Assembly (NCBI RefSeq): GCF_009914755.1
Contig: NC_060925.1
DNA length: 64,000 nt
From: the human T2T-CHM13v2.0 reference genome, Homo sapiens
Strand: one strand, 5' to 3'
The notes beneath the pieces are model-generated. The model saw nothing but the letters and a program-made list of their open reading frames with translations. It made no database searches and was not told the origin of the DNA. How positions within the stretch are numbered: position 1 is the stretch's first letter; each line of letters begins with the position of its first letter. Below, in pieces: positions 36,301-50,190 of the stretch. Position numbers and translations under genes: made by a program.

Positions 36301-39300
36301 TGAGAGCTCTCTGAGTACCCTAAAAAGCCATTTCTGCCTTGCCTCACAAAGGTCCTTTGAGAGGGCTGCCAGAGGTACTGGGAAAAGGTCACAGGGAAAA
36401 AAAAAAAAAACCTCCAGCAGAACTTTGTAACAATTCCAACCAAATGAGAAGTCTCCCAGCCAGAATTCAGGGGAGGGCATGAATCTGGTGTGCAGGCTTC
36501 ACAGGCAGGGAAGCATGAAAGCCCTACTTGCTTTCACAACTGGAAGACTGGTAGCCTAGGGCAAGTTCTCGGCTGTGCTCACCCACTACCTGGAAACAGA
36601 CTCAGTGCTGTTGTGGGAGAGGGCATTGTGGGAGTAAGACCAGTCTTCGGAGTTTCATGGGAACATAACTCCATAGACCTGGGAACCCACACCCCCATCC
36701 CCCACAGCAGCAACAGCAAGACCTGCCCAAGGAAAGTCTGAGCTCAGACACAGTTAGCACTGCCCCCACCTGATGGTCCTTTCCTACCCACCCTGGTAGC
36801 TGAAGACAAACGGCATACACCCTTAAGAGATATAGGGCCCCACCCACCACCTAATCCTCCCCATACTACCACAGCTGATGCTCTTTTGAAAGCGCCACCT
36901 CCTGACAGGAGGCCAACCAGCATAGAAATAGTACATTAAACAACCAAAACTAAGGACCCCCACAGAGTCCATTTCACCATCCTGTCATCTTCACCAGAGC
37001 AGATGGTGGTATCCACGGCTAAGAGAACCTCAGATGTTTCATAACACAGGACTCTGTGCAGACAACCCCCAGTAACAGCCCAAAGCCTGGTAGACCTGGT
37101 AGACCTGCTGGTTGCCTAGATCAAGGAGAGAAATAACAATCACTACAGCTCAGGCCTCAGGAAACCACATCCCTAGAAAAATGGGAAGAGTACCACATCA
37201 AGGGAATACTATGTAGGACAAAAGAATCTGAACAACACCTTAAACCCTAGACCTTCCCTCTGACAGAACCTACCCAAATGAGAAGGAATCAGAATTGAAT
37301 TCTGGTAATATGACAAATAAGGTTCTTTAACACCCAAAAAAAAATTACACTAGCTCACCAGCAATGGATCAAAACAAAAAAGACATCCCTGATTTACCTG
37401 AATAAGAATTCAGAAGGTCAGTTAATAAGCTAATAAAGGAGGTACCAGAAAAATGCAAAGCCCAGTTTAAAGAAACCAAAAAAAACAATCATACAAGAAA
37501 TGAGGGGAGAAATCTTCAGTGAAATAGATAGCATAAATAAAAAACAATCAAAACTTCAGGAAACCACGGATGCACTTACAGAAATATGAAATGCTCTAGA
37601 AAGTCTCAGCAATAAAATCAAACAAGCAGAAGAAAGAACTTCAGAGCTCAAAGGCAAGGTTTTTGAATTAACCCAATCCAACAAAGGCAAAGAAACAAGA
37701 ATAAGAAAATATGAACAAAGCCTCCAAGAAGTCTGGGTTTATGTTAAATGACCAAACCTAAGAATAATTGGTGTTCCTGAGAAAGAAGAGAATCGAAAAG
37801 TTTGGAAAACATATTTGGGGGAATAATTGAGGAAAACTTCCCCCAGCCTTGCTAGAGTCCTAGACATCCAAATACAAGAAGCTCAAAGAATGCCTGGGAA
37901 ATGCATCACAAAAAGATCATCACCTAGGCACATTGTCATCAGGTTATCTAAAGTTAAGACAAAGGAAAGAATTTTACAAGATGTGAGGCAAAAGCACCAG
38001 GTAACCTATAAAGAAAAACCTATCAAATTAACAGCAGATTTCTCAGCAGAAACCCTATAAGCTAGAGGAAATTGGAGCCCTATCTTCAACCTCATTAAAC
38101 CAAACAATTAACAGCCAAGAATTTTGTATCCAGAAAAACTAAGCTTCATAAATGAAGGAAACACATGTCTTTTTCAGAAAAACAAATGATAAGAGAATTC
38201 ACCACTACTAAGCCAGCACTACAAGAACTGCTAAAAAGAGCTCTAAATCTTGAAACAAATCCTGGAAACACATTAAAACAGAACCTCTTTAAAGCATAAA
38301 TCACACAGAACTTATAAAACAAAAATATAATTTTAAAAAGTAAAGAGGCAACAAATAGTATGATGAATGGAATACAACCTCATATCTCAATACTAATGTT
38401 GCATGTAAATGGCCTAAATGCTTCACTTAAAAGATACAGAATTGCAAAATGGATAAGAATTCATCAACTAACAATCTGCTGCCTTCAAGAGACTCAAGTA
38501 AGGACTCACATACATAAACTGAAAGTAAAGAGGTGGAAAAAGACATTCCAAGCAAATGGACAACGAAAGTGAGCAAGAGCATCTATTCTTATATCAAACA
38601 AAACAGACTTTAGAGCAAAAGTTGAAAAAGACAAAGAGAGACATTATATAATGATAAAAGGCCTTGTCCAACAGGAAAATATCACAATCCTAAATATATA
38701 TGCACCTAGCATTAGAGCTCCCAAATTTATAAAACAATTACTACTAGATCTAAGAAATGAGATAGACAGCAACATAATAACAGTAGGGAACTTCAATACT
38801 CCACTGACAGCACTAGACAGGTCAAGACAGAAAGTCAACAACAACAAAAAAAAAAATTTAAACCCTGGAACCAATGAACTTAACAGGTATTTACAGAACA
38901 TTCTACCAAACAACTGCACAATATAGATTCTATTCATCATTGCATGGAACTTTCTCCAAGATAGACGATATGATAGCCTACAAAACAAGCCTCAATAAAT
39001 TTATAAAATTTGAAATTACATCAAGCAATCTCTCAGACCATAGTGGAATAAAACTGGTATCAACTCCAAAAGGAACATTTAAAACCATGCAAATATATGA
39101 AAATGAAATAACCTGCTCCTGAATGATCATTGAGTCAACAATGAAATCAAGATGGAAATTTAAAAATTATTTAAACTGAATGATGATAGTGACACATCCT
39201 ATCAAAACCTCTGGGATACAGCAAAGGCAGTGCTAATAGGAAATATCATAGCCCTAAACACCTACATCAAAAAGTCTGAAAGAGCCCTAACAGACAAAGA

Positions 39301-40621
39301 TCAGACCTCAAGGAACTAGGGAAACAAGAACAAACCAAACCGAAATCCAGCAGAAGAAAAGAAATAACCAAGATCAGAGCAGAACTAAATAAAATTAAAA
39401 CAAACAAAAAAATATAAAAGATAAATGAAACAAAAAGCTGGTTCTTTGAAAAGATAAATAAAATTGATAGACCATTACCAAGAATAACCAAGAAAACAAG
39501 AGAGAAGATCCAAATAAGCTCAATTAGAAACAAAACAAGAGATATTACAACTGACACGATGGAAATACAAAAGATCATTCAAGGCTACTATGAACACCTT
39601 TACACACAGAAACTAGAAAACCTAGTGGAGATGGATAAATTCCTGGAAAGATACAACCCTCTTAGCTTAAATCACGAAGAATTAGACACCCTGAACAGAC
39701 CAATAACAAGCAGAGAGATTGAAATGGTAATTAAAAAAAAAAGTTCAAGACCAGACGGATTCACAGGTGAATTCTATCAGAAATTCAAAGAAGAACTGGT
39801 ACCAATCCTATTGACACTATTCCACAAGACAGAGAAAGAGGGATTCCTCCCTAAATCATTCTATGAAGCCAATATCACCCAAATACCAAAACCACGGAAG
39901 CACATAACAAAAAAAGAAAACTACAGACTAATACCCCTAATGAACATAGATGCAAAAATCCTAAACAAAATACTACCTAACCCAATCTAACAACATATTG
40001 AAAAGTTAATCCACCATGATCAAGTGGGTTTCACACCAGGGATGCAGGGATGGTTTAACATACACAAGTCAATAAATGTGATACACCACATAAACAATTA
40101 AAAACAAAAATCACATCATCATCTTAATAGATGCAGCAAAAGCATTTGACAAAATCCAGCATCCCTTTATGATTAAAACTCGCAGCAAAATCGGCATACA
40201 AAGGACATATCTCGTTGTAAAAAAAAGCCATCTATGACAAATCCACAGCCAACATTATACTGAATTGGGAAAAGTTGAAAGCATTCCCTCTGAGAACTGG
40301 AACAAGACAAGGATGCCCACTCTCACCACTTCTCTTCAATATAGTACTGGAAGTCCTACCAGAGCAATCAGACAAAAGAAAGAAATAAAGGGCATCCAAA
40401 TCGGTAAAGAGGAAGTCAAACTGTCACTATTTACTGATTATATGACTGTATACCTAGAAAACCCTAAAGACTCATCCAAAAAGCTCCTAGAACTGATAAA
40501 AGACTTCTTAAAAGTTTCTGGATACAACATCAATGTACACAAATCAGCAGCTCTTCTATGCACCAACAGCGACCAAGCTGAGAATCAAATCAAGAACTCA
40601 ACCCCTTTTGCAATAGCTGCA

Positions 40622-41510
40622 ATATATATATAAATATATATATTTATAAATATATATTTATATATATAAATATATATATTTATAAATATATATTTATATA
40701 TATAAATATATATTTATAAATATATATTTATATATATAAATATATATATTTATAAATATATATTTATATATATAAATATATATATTTATAAATATATATT
40801 TATATATATATATATATATTTATAAATATATATTTATATATAAATATATATTTATAAATATATATTTATATATATAAATATATATATTTATAAATATATA
40901 TTTATATATATAAATATATATATTTATAAATATATATTTATATATAAATATATATATTTATAAATATATATTTATATATATAAATATATATAAATATATA
41001 AATATATATAAATATATATATACATATAAATATATAAATATATATGTAAATATATGTAAATATATGTATATGTATATATATGTAAATGTATGTAAATATA
41101 TAAATATATGTAAATATATATAAATATATGTAAATATATAAATATATATAACTATATATAAATATATATAAATATAAATATATAAATATATATAAATATA
41201 TATAAATATATAAATAAATACATATAAATATATAAATAAATACATATAAATATATATAAATATATAAAAATATATATAAATATATATATAAATATATAAA
41301 CATATATAAATATATAAATATATATAAATATATAAATACATAAAATATATAAATATATATAAATATATAAATATATATAAATATAGATAAATATAGATAA
41401 ATATATAAATATATATAAATATATAAATATATAAATATAAATATATAAAAATATATATAAATATATAAAAATATAAATAAATATATATAAATATATATAA
41501 ATATATAAAA

Positions 41511-41553
<43 letters not shown>
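40622..41553. repeat. TA-rich minisatellite/microsatellite array ending in (GA)n
   Basis: About ten 34-36-bp pure A/T units (TATATATATTTATAAATATATATTTATATATATAAA), then TATAAA/TATGTAAA variants, then (GA)n; lies inside L1PB ORF2. Confidence 0.97.
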
Positions 41554-41555
<2 letters not shown>

Positions 41556-42905
41556 CACTTAGGAATATACCTAACCAAGGAGGTGAAAGACCTCTACAAG
41601 GAAAACTACAAAACACTGCTGAAAGAAATCATAGATGACACAAACAAATGGAAGCACATCCTATGTTCATGGATGGGTAGAATAAATATTGTGAAAATGA
41701 CCATACTGCCAAAAGCAATGTACAAATTCAGTGCAATTCCCATCAAAATATCACCATCATTTTTCACGGAACTAGAAAAAACAATTCTAAAATTCATATG
41801 GAGCCAAAAACGAGCCCACCAAGTCAAAGCAAGACTAACCAAAAAGAACAAATCTAGAGGCATCACATTACACATTAGAATAATTTCAAATTATTCTATA
41901 AGGCCATAGTCACCAAAACAGCATAGTACTGGTATAAAAATAGGCACATAGACCAATGGAACATAATAGTGAACCCAGAAATAAACCCAAATACTTACAG
42001 GATCTTTGACAAAGCAGACAAAAACATAAAGTGGGGAAAGGACACCCTATTCAACAAACAGTGCTGGGATAATTGGCTAGCCACATGTAGGAGAATGAAA
42101 CTGGATCCTCATCTCTCATCTTATACAAAAAAATCATCTCTCATCTTATACAAAAATCAACTCAAGAAGGATCAAGGACCTAAATCTAAGACTTGAAACT
42201 ATAAAAATTCTAAAAAATAACATCAGAAACACCCTTCTAGACATTGGCTTAGGCAAGGATTTCATGACCAAGAACCCAAAAGCAATTGCAATAAAAACAA
42301 AGATAAATAGCTGGACTTAATTAAAGAGCTTTTCCATGGCAAAAGGAACAGTCAGCAGAGTAAACAGAATGCTGTGGGAGAAAATCTTCACAATCTGTAC
42401 ATCTGAGAAAGGACTAATATCCAGAATCTACAACAAACACAAACAAATTAGCAAGAAAAAAACAAACAATCCCATCAAAAGGTGGACTAAGGACATGAAT
42501 AGACAGTTATCAAAAGAAGATATACAACTGGCCAACAAACATATGGAAAAATGCTTAACATCACTAATGATCAGGAAAATGCAAATCACCTTACAACGCG
42601 ATACCACCTTACTCCTGCATGAATGGCCATAATCAAAAAATTAAAAAATAAATGTTGGTGTGGATGCAGTGAACAGGGAACACTTCTACACTGCTGGTGG
42701 GGATGTAAACTAGCACAACCACTATGGAAAACACTCTGGATATTCCTTAAAGAACTAAAAGTAAAACTACCATTTGATCCAGCAATCCCACTACTGGGTA
42801 TCTACCCAGAAGAAAAGAAGTCATTATACAAAAAAGATACTTGCATACGCATGTTTATAGCAGCACAATTCACAATTGCAAAAATGTGGAAACAACCCAA
42901 ATGCC

Positions 42906-43149
42906 ATATATATATATATACACACATATGTATATATATATGTGTATATATATATACACACACATATGTGTGTGTGTATATATATATACATATGTGTATA
43001 TATACACACATATATATACACATATGTGTATATATATACACATATATATACATATGTATATACACATATGTGTGTATATATACACATATGTGTATATATA
43101 TACACACATATATATATACATATGTATATACACATATGTATATATATAT
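42906..43149. repeat. Compound (TA)/(CA)/(TG) microsatellite
   Basis: Alternating purine-pyrimidine tract in the L1PB ORF2 C-terminal region. Confidence 0.95.
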
Positions 43150-44209
43150 GAATACTACTCTGCCATAAAAAGGAATGAACTAATGGTATTCATGGCAACG
43201 TGGATAAGATTGGAGAGTATTATTCTAAGTGAAGTAACTCAAGAATGAAAAACCAAACATCACATGATCTCACTCATAATTGGGAGCTAAGCTATGAGGA
43301 TGCAAACGCATAAATAAGAATGACACAATGCACTTCGTGGATTCAGGGGGAAAGGGAGGGAAAAGGGTGAGGGATAAAAGACTACAAATTTGGTGCAGCA
43401 TATACTGCTCAGGTGGTGGGTGCACCAAAATCTCACAAATCACCACTAAAGAACTTACTCATGTAACCAGATACCACCTGTTCCCCAATAACCTATGGAA
43501 ATAAAAGATAAATAAATAAAATTTTAAAAATAAATAAATTTTTGAAAAGAAAAACAAAGTAATTTTTCTAAATAAACACATAATGAAAGTTCAACGAAGA
43601 AAAAAATAACAGTATGGACTTTCCTCAAAACATTGAAACTAAAACTATCATATGACCCAGCAATCCCACCCTGGCAAGGGTATCCAAAAGATAGGAAACC
43701 AGTATGTCAAAGAGATATGTGCACTCCCAAGTTCATTGCAGCATTATTTACAATAGTCAAAATATGGAATCAACCCAAGTGTCAATTGATAAATGAATGG
43801 AAAAAGAAAATGCGAAAATGTAGTAAAATTGAATACTATTTACCCTTTAAAAAGAAGGGAATCCTGTCATTTGTGACAACATAGATGAACCTAGAGGACA
43901 TTATGATAAATGGAATAAGCCAGACATAGAAAGACAAATACTGCAGGATCACACTTATATGTAGAATCAGAAAAACTTGAATGCGTAAAAGCAGATAATA
44001 GGTGGTTGCCAGGGGATGGGGGGGATAGAGGGGAATCAAGAGATCCTGATCAAAGGGAATACAAAATTTCAGTTAGGATGAAAAATACCTATTGTACAGC
44101 ACGGTGACTATAGTTAATAATAATGTATTGCATGTTTGAAAATTGCTAAGTGAGTAGATCTTCAATGTTCTCACCTCAGAAAAAGGTAAGTATGTGATAT
44201 AATGGATAC

Positions 44210-44677
44210 TGTGAAATTTGTCAGAATCAACATGGAGTCACTTGTGTCAAATCCCTGAAAAATGGAAACAGGAAAGCCATGAAGGGAGGGTTCTCACACA
44301 TGTGTGCCTGATAACAAGAACTATTAACCATTAACAAGAACTATCAAAAAAGACTCTGCAAAAAAACACAACTTTGCACAAAAGCCACCATAGCCTTACA
44401 CAGAAAACACTTGGCAAGGACATCTGTCCAGCAACTGCCTGTCCAACCTTAGATTGGCACCACCCTTGTTTTGATCCTTGTAGCCAAGGATAATTGATTA
44501 AAAACAACTTACATAATCCTCCTCATTTGCCTTTTAAAACTTCCAACTTCCTCAACCTCCCTGAATATTCACATAGTTTACTACGGCATACGTATTCCCA
44601 TTGCAGTGTTACTCCCAAATAAATATCAATTTCTTTAAGATAGAGAGAGACTCTTCCTTTGTTATTTAGGTTTGGCA
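44210..44677 (+). mobile_element. ERV1 solo LTR, MER65-like
   Basis: tgtgaaatttgtcagaatcaacatggagtcac...aataaa...ttaggtttggca. Confidence 0.7.
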
Positions 44678-44924
44678 ATGTATCAATTCGTTTTATTTAA
44701 TCATTTCACAATATATATGTAAATCAAAACATTACATTGTACACTGTAACTATAACAATATTTATTTATCAATCATACCTTAAAGTTGTGGAAAGGAGTA
44801 GATATTTAGCAGTTCATTTATGGTTATACCGCTACCTTATATTGAGTAGAATGTATATGGAAATAAAAAGCTGAATTTCAGAGGGAAGGAAGAAGCGAGG
44901 GAAGGAGGGAAAGAAAGAAAAACA

Positions 44925-45130
44925 GAGGCTACCAGGGTCTGGGAGAAGTGATGAATGGGGAGTTATTGTTTAATGGGTAAAGAGTTTCTGTTTGGGATGA
45001 TGAAAATGTTCTGGAAATGGATAGTGATAATGGTTGTACAACATTGTGAATATATTTAATGCCACTGAATTTCACACCTAAAAATGATTAAAATGCTAAA
45101 AATAAATGTATAACCCAATTTGAAAAAAAG
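44925..45130 (+). mobile_element. L1MB-like 3' end
   Basis: gagtttctgtttgggatgatgaaaatgttctggaaatggatagtg...aatgccactgaat. Confidence 0.75.
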
Positions 45131-45931
45131 GTAGAGAGTGGATAGTACTAAGAACACAGGAAGCCTCATTCCAGAGACCATGCTTTTAACCACTACGCAC
45201 ACTGCCTCCCACAATCTGTTACAACCGTACCCTGCAATCATAACATGTAGTGGGGAATGATACAGTAAACAAAGTATATGATAAAATCAATAAAAGTGGT
45301 GTATATAAAATCACAAAAGTTAAGCAGAAGCATTTCTCATGGACAGGAAAAAAAAGTTGAAATTTCAAGCACTTATCCATTCAATATAATTTACTAAGGC
45401 TTGGCTATGTGTTAAAAATGCCTTTTTACATATGGCATTCCCTACTTTAACATTATCTCTGTGATAAAATTCTCATCCCCACTTTAAAAATTAAGAAATT
45501 GAACAAAAAGTAAGAATAGCCAATATCCAAATTCAGCACCTCTGACTCCAAAGCTCATATTCTTTTGACCTCTATTCACTGCCTCCTCAAATATAAATGA
45601 AAACAGGATAGGCAAAACCCAACATTCTTTGTCTCAGTCAAAAAGACTGCCTACAGAAGACAGTCCCAGTAATAGATTCCAAATGATGGTAGAGATTTTT
45701 CTTGGTGCATGGAAAAAGGCTTGCAGATACAGGTGGGATGGTAAAGATATATGTACATTGAGAAGCAACAATAGGAAAAGAGTATGCTGGGGGCAAAGAA
45801 AGCTATAGCAACCAAAACAAAACCTGAAAATATTTCTCCCACTGCTACTTTTACTACATTATTTTTCATGATTTAGCAATCCCCAATAAATGGTAAGAAT
45901 GCATGTCTCTGAGATATTTCTGAAAACCAAC

Positions 45932-46009
45932 CTCCATGAGTAGTACAGAATTATGGCTAGCCAGTCTCCTTCTAAATCTGGACACATAAAGCAAGCCACA
46001 CTGAAGTAG
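45932..46009 (-). other. Candidate 78-nt exon (E5)
   Basis: Acceptor ttcttcttttatgtttttattag, donor GAG/gttggt; two frames open. Confidence 0.4.
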
Positions 46010-46494
46010 CTAATAAAAACATAAAAGAAGAATGATAGCCATGAACAGAAGCAAGAAGTTTGCAACAATATTTGAAAAATTATGCTTCAAATCTTTATCT
46101 GTCATCATCTAGGTTTTATGGACCAGTAATGAAATGAAATATCTAAAGTACATATTCCCATATGTGAATCTTTTAAAATCTGTTTACACTTCATTGATCA
46201 TATCATTTCCTAATATTTCCAAGATTATGACACAAATGGAAAATTAAACAGTTCAAGAGATCCCTGGCTCTTTCACTATCTGGTTAGGTACACTTCTTTG
46301 ATTAAATGGGACCTCATTTTCTTCATACAAAAAACAAAAGATATAATTCATCAAACATACTTAGTACTTTTATGCTATTTTACTGCAAATTTACTAATAA
46401 ATATATCTCCAAATAACTTTAGTAGAAATTTTATTTTTTTAATCGAGCAGAAGGCTGGCATATTTTTAATGTCTATTCCCAGAGATCAGAAGTA

Positions 46495-46714
46495 CAGGTT
46501 GAGCACGCTTAATCCAAAAATCCGAAATCCTCCAAAACTGAAACTCTATGAGCATTGCTATGATGCTGAAAGGAAATACTCAATGGAACATTTCAGATTT
46601 CAGATTTTTGGATTAGGGATGCTCAACTGGTATAATTCCAAACTCCAAAAAAAAAAATCAGAAATCTGAAACACTTCTGATCCCAAGCATTTTGGATAAG
46701 AGATACTCAATCTG
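46495..46714. mobile_element. Tigger4a/MER46-like MITE
   Basis: TA-caggttgagca...tactcaatctg-TA; terminal inverted repeats and TA TSD. Confidence 0.85.
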
Positions 46715-46827
46715 TATCTAAACACCATAATTAAACCAACAGAGTGCTAAAATTGCTAAATCACCTACCCAATATTCTTTCTTATCTCTATTTAATAATA
46801 AAACCCCATTTATCTGGGTGAAAATAT

Positions 46828-47137
46828 GTATTTATTTATTTATTTACTTACTTAGATACGGGGTCTTGCTCTGTCACCCAGGCTGGAGTTGCAGTCGTGT
46901 GATAATAGCTCACTGCAGCCTCAAAGTCCTGGACTCAAACAATCCTCCTGTCTCAGGCTCCTAAGTAGGTAGGACTACAGGTGTGTGCCACTCCACCCAG
47001 CTAATTTTTCTTTTTTTTGGTAGACACAAGATCTCACTATGTTACATATATTGGTCTCAAACTCCTGGCCTCAAGCAATCTCTCTGTCTTAGCATCCCAA
47101 AGTGCTGGGATTATAGGTGTTAGCCACTGTGCCCAGC
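46828..47137 (-). mobile_element. AluJ
   Basis: Diverged antisense dimer with a (TTTA)n tail. Confidence 0.88.
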
Positions 47138-47198
47138 TCTAGTTTTATTTTTTAATCTTCATTTCCCTGGTGAGAATGGCAATACCATTTATGATGAG

Positions 47199-47580
47199 TG
47201 CTAAGGCTTTAAGTGTCCACCAAAAAGCATGTGTTAGAAACTTAATTGCCAGTATTAACAGTATTAAGAGGTGGAACCTTTAAGAAGTGATTAGGCCATG
47301 AGGGCTCTGCCCTCATGAAGGAATTAATGTCATTATCATGGGAGCAGGCTCCTTATGAAAGGATGAGTTGTGGGTACCCCCTCCTCCCTTTCTCTTTCCC
47401 ACCATATTCTTGCCCTTCCACCTTCTGCCATAAGATGACACAGCAAGAGGGCCTTTGCCAGATGCTGGTCCCTCCATCTTGTACTTCCCAGCATCCAGAA
47501 TCATGAACCAATACATTTCTCTTCATTATAAATTACCAGCCTCAAGTATTCTGTTATAGTAGCAAAAATGAACTAAGACA
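47199..47580 (+). mobile_element. MSTC/MSTD-like solo LTR, probably nested in an older MLT1 LTR (~46750-47930)
   Basis: gagggctctgccctcatga..ttataaattacc..aactaagaca. Confidence 0.8.
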
Positions 47581-50190
47581 TTTCATATGGCACTATAACT
47601 AAGTTCTGACCAGTTAGGCATAAATATGAGACTTTCTAGAAGATTCTTTAGGGAAGGTGACTTGGCTAGAAGATGCAATCCACTCATCTTCCCCTTTATT
47701 GTTTCTTCTGCCTGGTACTATCCATCTCAAACTATGAGGCATTTTATTTTCAAGGGAGGTTACAAATGGTAGAGAAAAAAATATAGAAGGATTCTTGGTG
47801 TTTTACCACCATGAGGCTATACCTACTACATGCCCTACCTCTGCATCTCTTTCAGATTGATAAGAAGTAAATTCTACCATATTCAAACTAATATTATTTT
47901 GGGCTTTCTGTTACATAAAATGAGACCCAATTCTCATCTCAAAGAGGCCTCTCTTATATTTGATTATTAGATTTACTTTCCCGAAATATGTTTACCCCTT
48001 CAAAATTTTATTATTACATATAAGAGTATATAAGACCCAACTGCAGTTGTGACTCGCTTACAGACAAAGGATTTTTAATGGATCAACTCCTGAATTATTG
48101 AATCATATAAAAATATTCACACATTGAGGCCAATACATTCTTGAAGATTTCAACCTGTTTCAAGGTTGAGAAATATTCTTGGCCATCTAGATTCACCACA
48201 GAAGTTTCATTGAGTATAATCAAACTAATAATTCACTTACAAAAACAAAGTTTCACTATAAAACAATCCATTTGTGATTGTAATAAGAACACTTACAGAA
48301 AACAGAATTACATTGGGTAGTTCAACTACTATGTCAAAGCCAATACTCAGCACTTATTTATTCCCAGAGGCTTCTGCCTTCTCTTCTTCCTTAAAGCATA
48401 CAAATATGCCTAGATAATTGAGTGATGCAGAAGCAGCAAGGGTCCCAATACTATATATTCTAATGAGATCTAATTGGTTTATAAATAGTTAAAGAATCAT
48501 TTCACTGATGTTCCCTCCTTTAGTTTGCCCCAGCTCCCCTATATCTATAACCTTAAACTGAAACTCAATTAGAAATAAGTAGGGTAGAGCTCCATTTCTT
48601 AATGAAGTCCTTCCTAGTTTGGAAAGAGCCTAAGGGCAATTCTGGGTAGTGAAAGTGGTATTGAAGAATGAGACAACACTGTAACATTAGTGGCCAAAAG
48701 TTATACCTCTGCCCCCAATGAACTGCCCCCAGATAAGTGTGCCCTGGAAAAAAAAGTACAATGCAATCACTCTGTGCCAATTTTAGGAAGATTTTATTAC
48801 CTTCTGGCTTGATAGAATAATATTCCATAATACCCCAGGCATTATTTATTCCCATTAGACAAATACCATCTATTCTAATTCTCATGAGGGCCATATCTCA
48901 TTCATTAACAGGATTTTAGGAAAATGGATTCAGCAAATGTATATTTTATATAATTTACTGTGTAGTTTGTCATATATTCTCTTATAATTTTCAAGGTAAA
49001 TGTTATTATTGGCTGTAGTTTCCTTTTTTCCTCTTCCTCAAAGCACTGTCACTCATCAGAAATATGTCAGAACATAAATATGTTTATTTTATATGTTAAA
49101 AATTGTGTGATGAGCAATTAGGATGGAGAGATAAAATATACCATAGAATCTGACTTCAAGGAGTTTACAACCTAACAGAACATATCAAAACTCAGGGCAA
49201 GTTTAGGTAAACAATTTTTAAAATATGCTGAAGAACACAGCTTTCAATCTTCTGGGCCCAAAATAATTTGTGACATACATTTCTACCTACTCTCTCCAGC
49301 TCTAACTTTAGATCAATATTAATAATACTGGATATCCAACATTGTACCAGGAAGTACAGAAAATAAAAAGAGGCATAAAAAAATTAATAACTGTTTATTA
49401 AATAACCATTTACTAGGTATTAAGTATTTCATAATATATCAAAAAAGTACATTATAATGACTTACCCTTAAGAAATTTACAATGCAAAGGCAACTTAGTA
49501 TGCTAGGAAGCAAACACTGACATTAGAAAACTTTGTTTTGCAAATTATAAATTATTGGTAAAACAATCTTTATCAAGCTTGATCCTCATTTAAAACATAA
49601 GGTTCAAATGAGATAAGATGTCAAAAAGATAACACCAATAGTCTTCAAATAGTGTTTCATGGAGCCCCAGAGTTTGGAATCCCATGAGGTGCCTCATGGA
49701 ATAAGGAGACAAATATCCTTTGGATCAATTAATGACTTTTGGATCAATTAATAAGAGTTTGAAAACCACCTGTATAAGCAAGACATCTCTGAAAGAGAAC
49801 TGATCAGTTTGTCAAGAGCAAAAGATTCTTCTTATAGGAGAAACAGTAGATTAACCCTAGATTGTGGAGAGCTTTGGATGCCTGGCTAAAGAATTTGTCT
49901 ATACAGTGTCAGTTATAAGAAGTAGGAGAACAATCCAATCAAAGCAAGACTTTTAGAAAGATTAATTTGGCATGAATGTACAGCATCAACTAAAAATAGC
50001 AGGTAAAAGCAGAAAAGTCAACAGAAAGGTATTACAATGATCCAAGTGTAATTAAATAAGAGCTTTAACTAGAATGGGCACAGTGGAAATAAGAGCTGTA
50101 ATTAAATAAGAGTGTAATTAAATAAGCGTTTTAACAAGAATGGGCACAGTGGAAATACAAAGAATATGTCAAAGAAAATTAAAGCAGATC

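Larger units (their letters stand above)
35932..43607 (+). mobile_element. Full-length L1PB1/L1PBa-like LINE-1, inactive
   Basis: 5' gaggatcatggcagatgggaggcaggagtagattgcag; ORF1/ORF2 remnants; L1PB 3'UTR; TSD aacagtatgga 35921-35931 / 43608-43618. Confidence 0.9.

Noticed and set aside
42109-42159. 25-bp tandem duplication in L1PB ORF2 (also small ones at ~37087 and ~49719)
   Set aside because: Ordinary slippage events in neutral sequence.
40938-43151. Long Tyr/Ile-rich ORFs (up to 206 aa)
   Set aside because: They are translations of TA-rich simple repeats.
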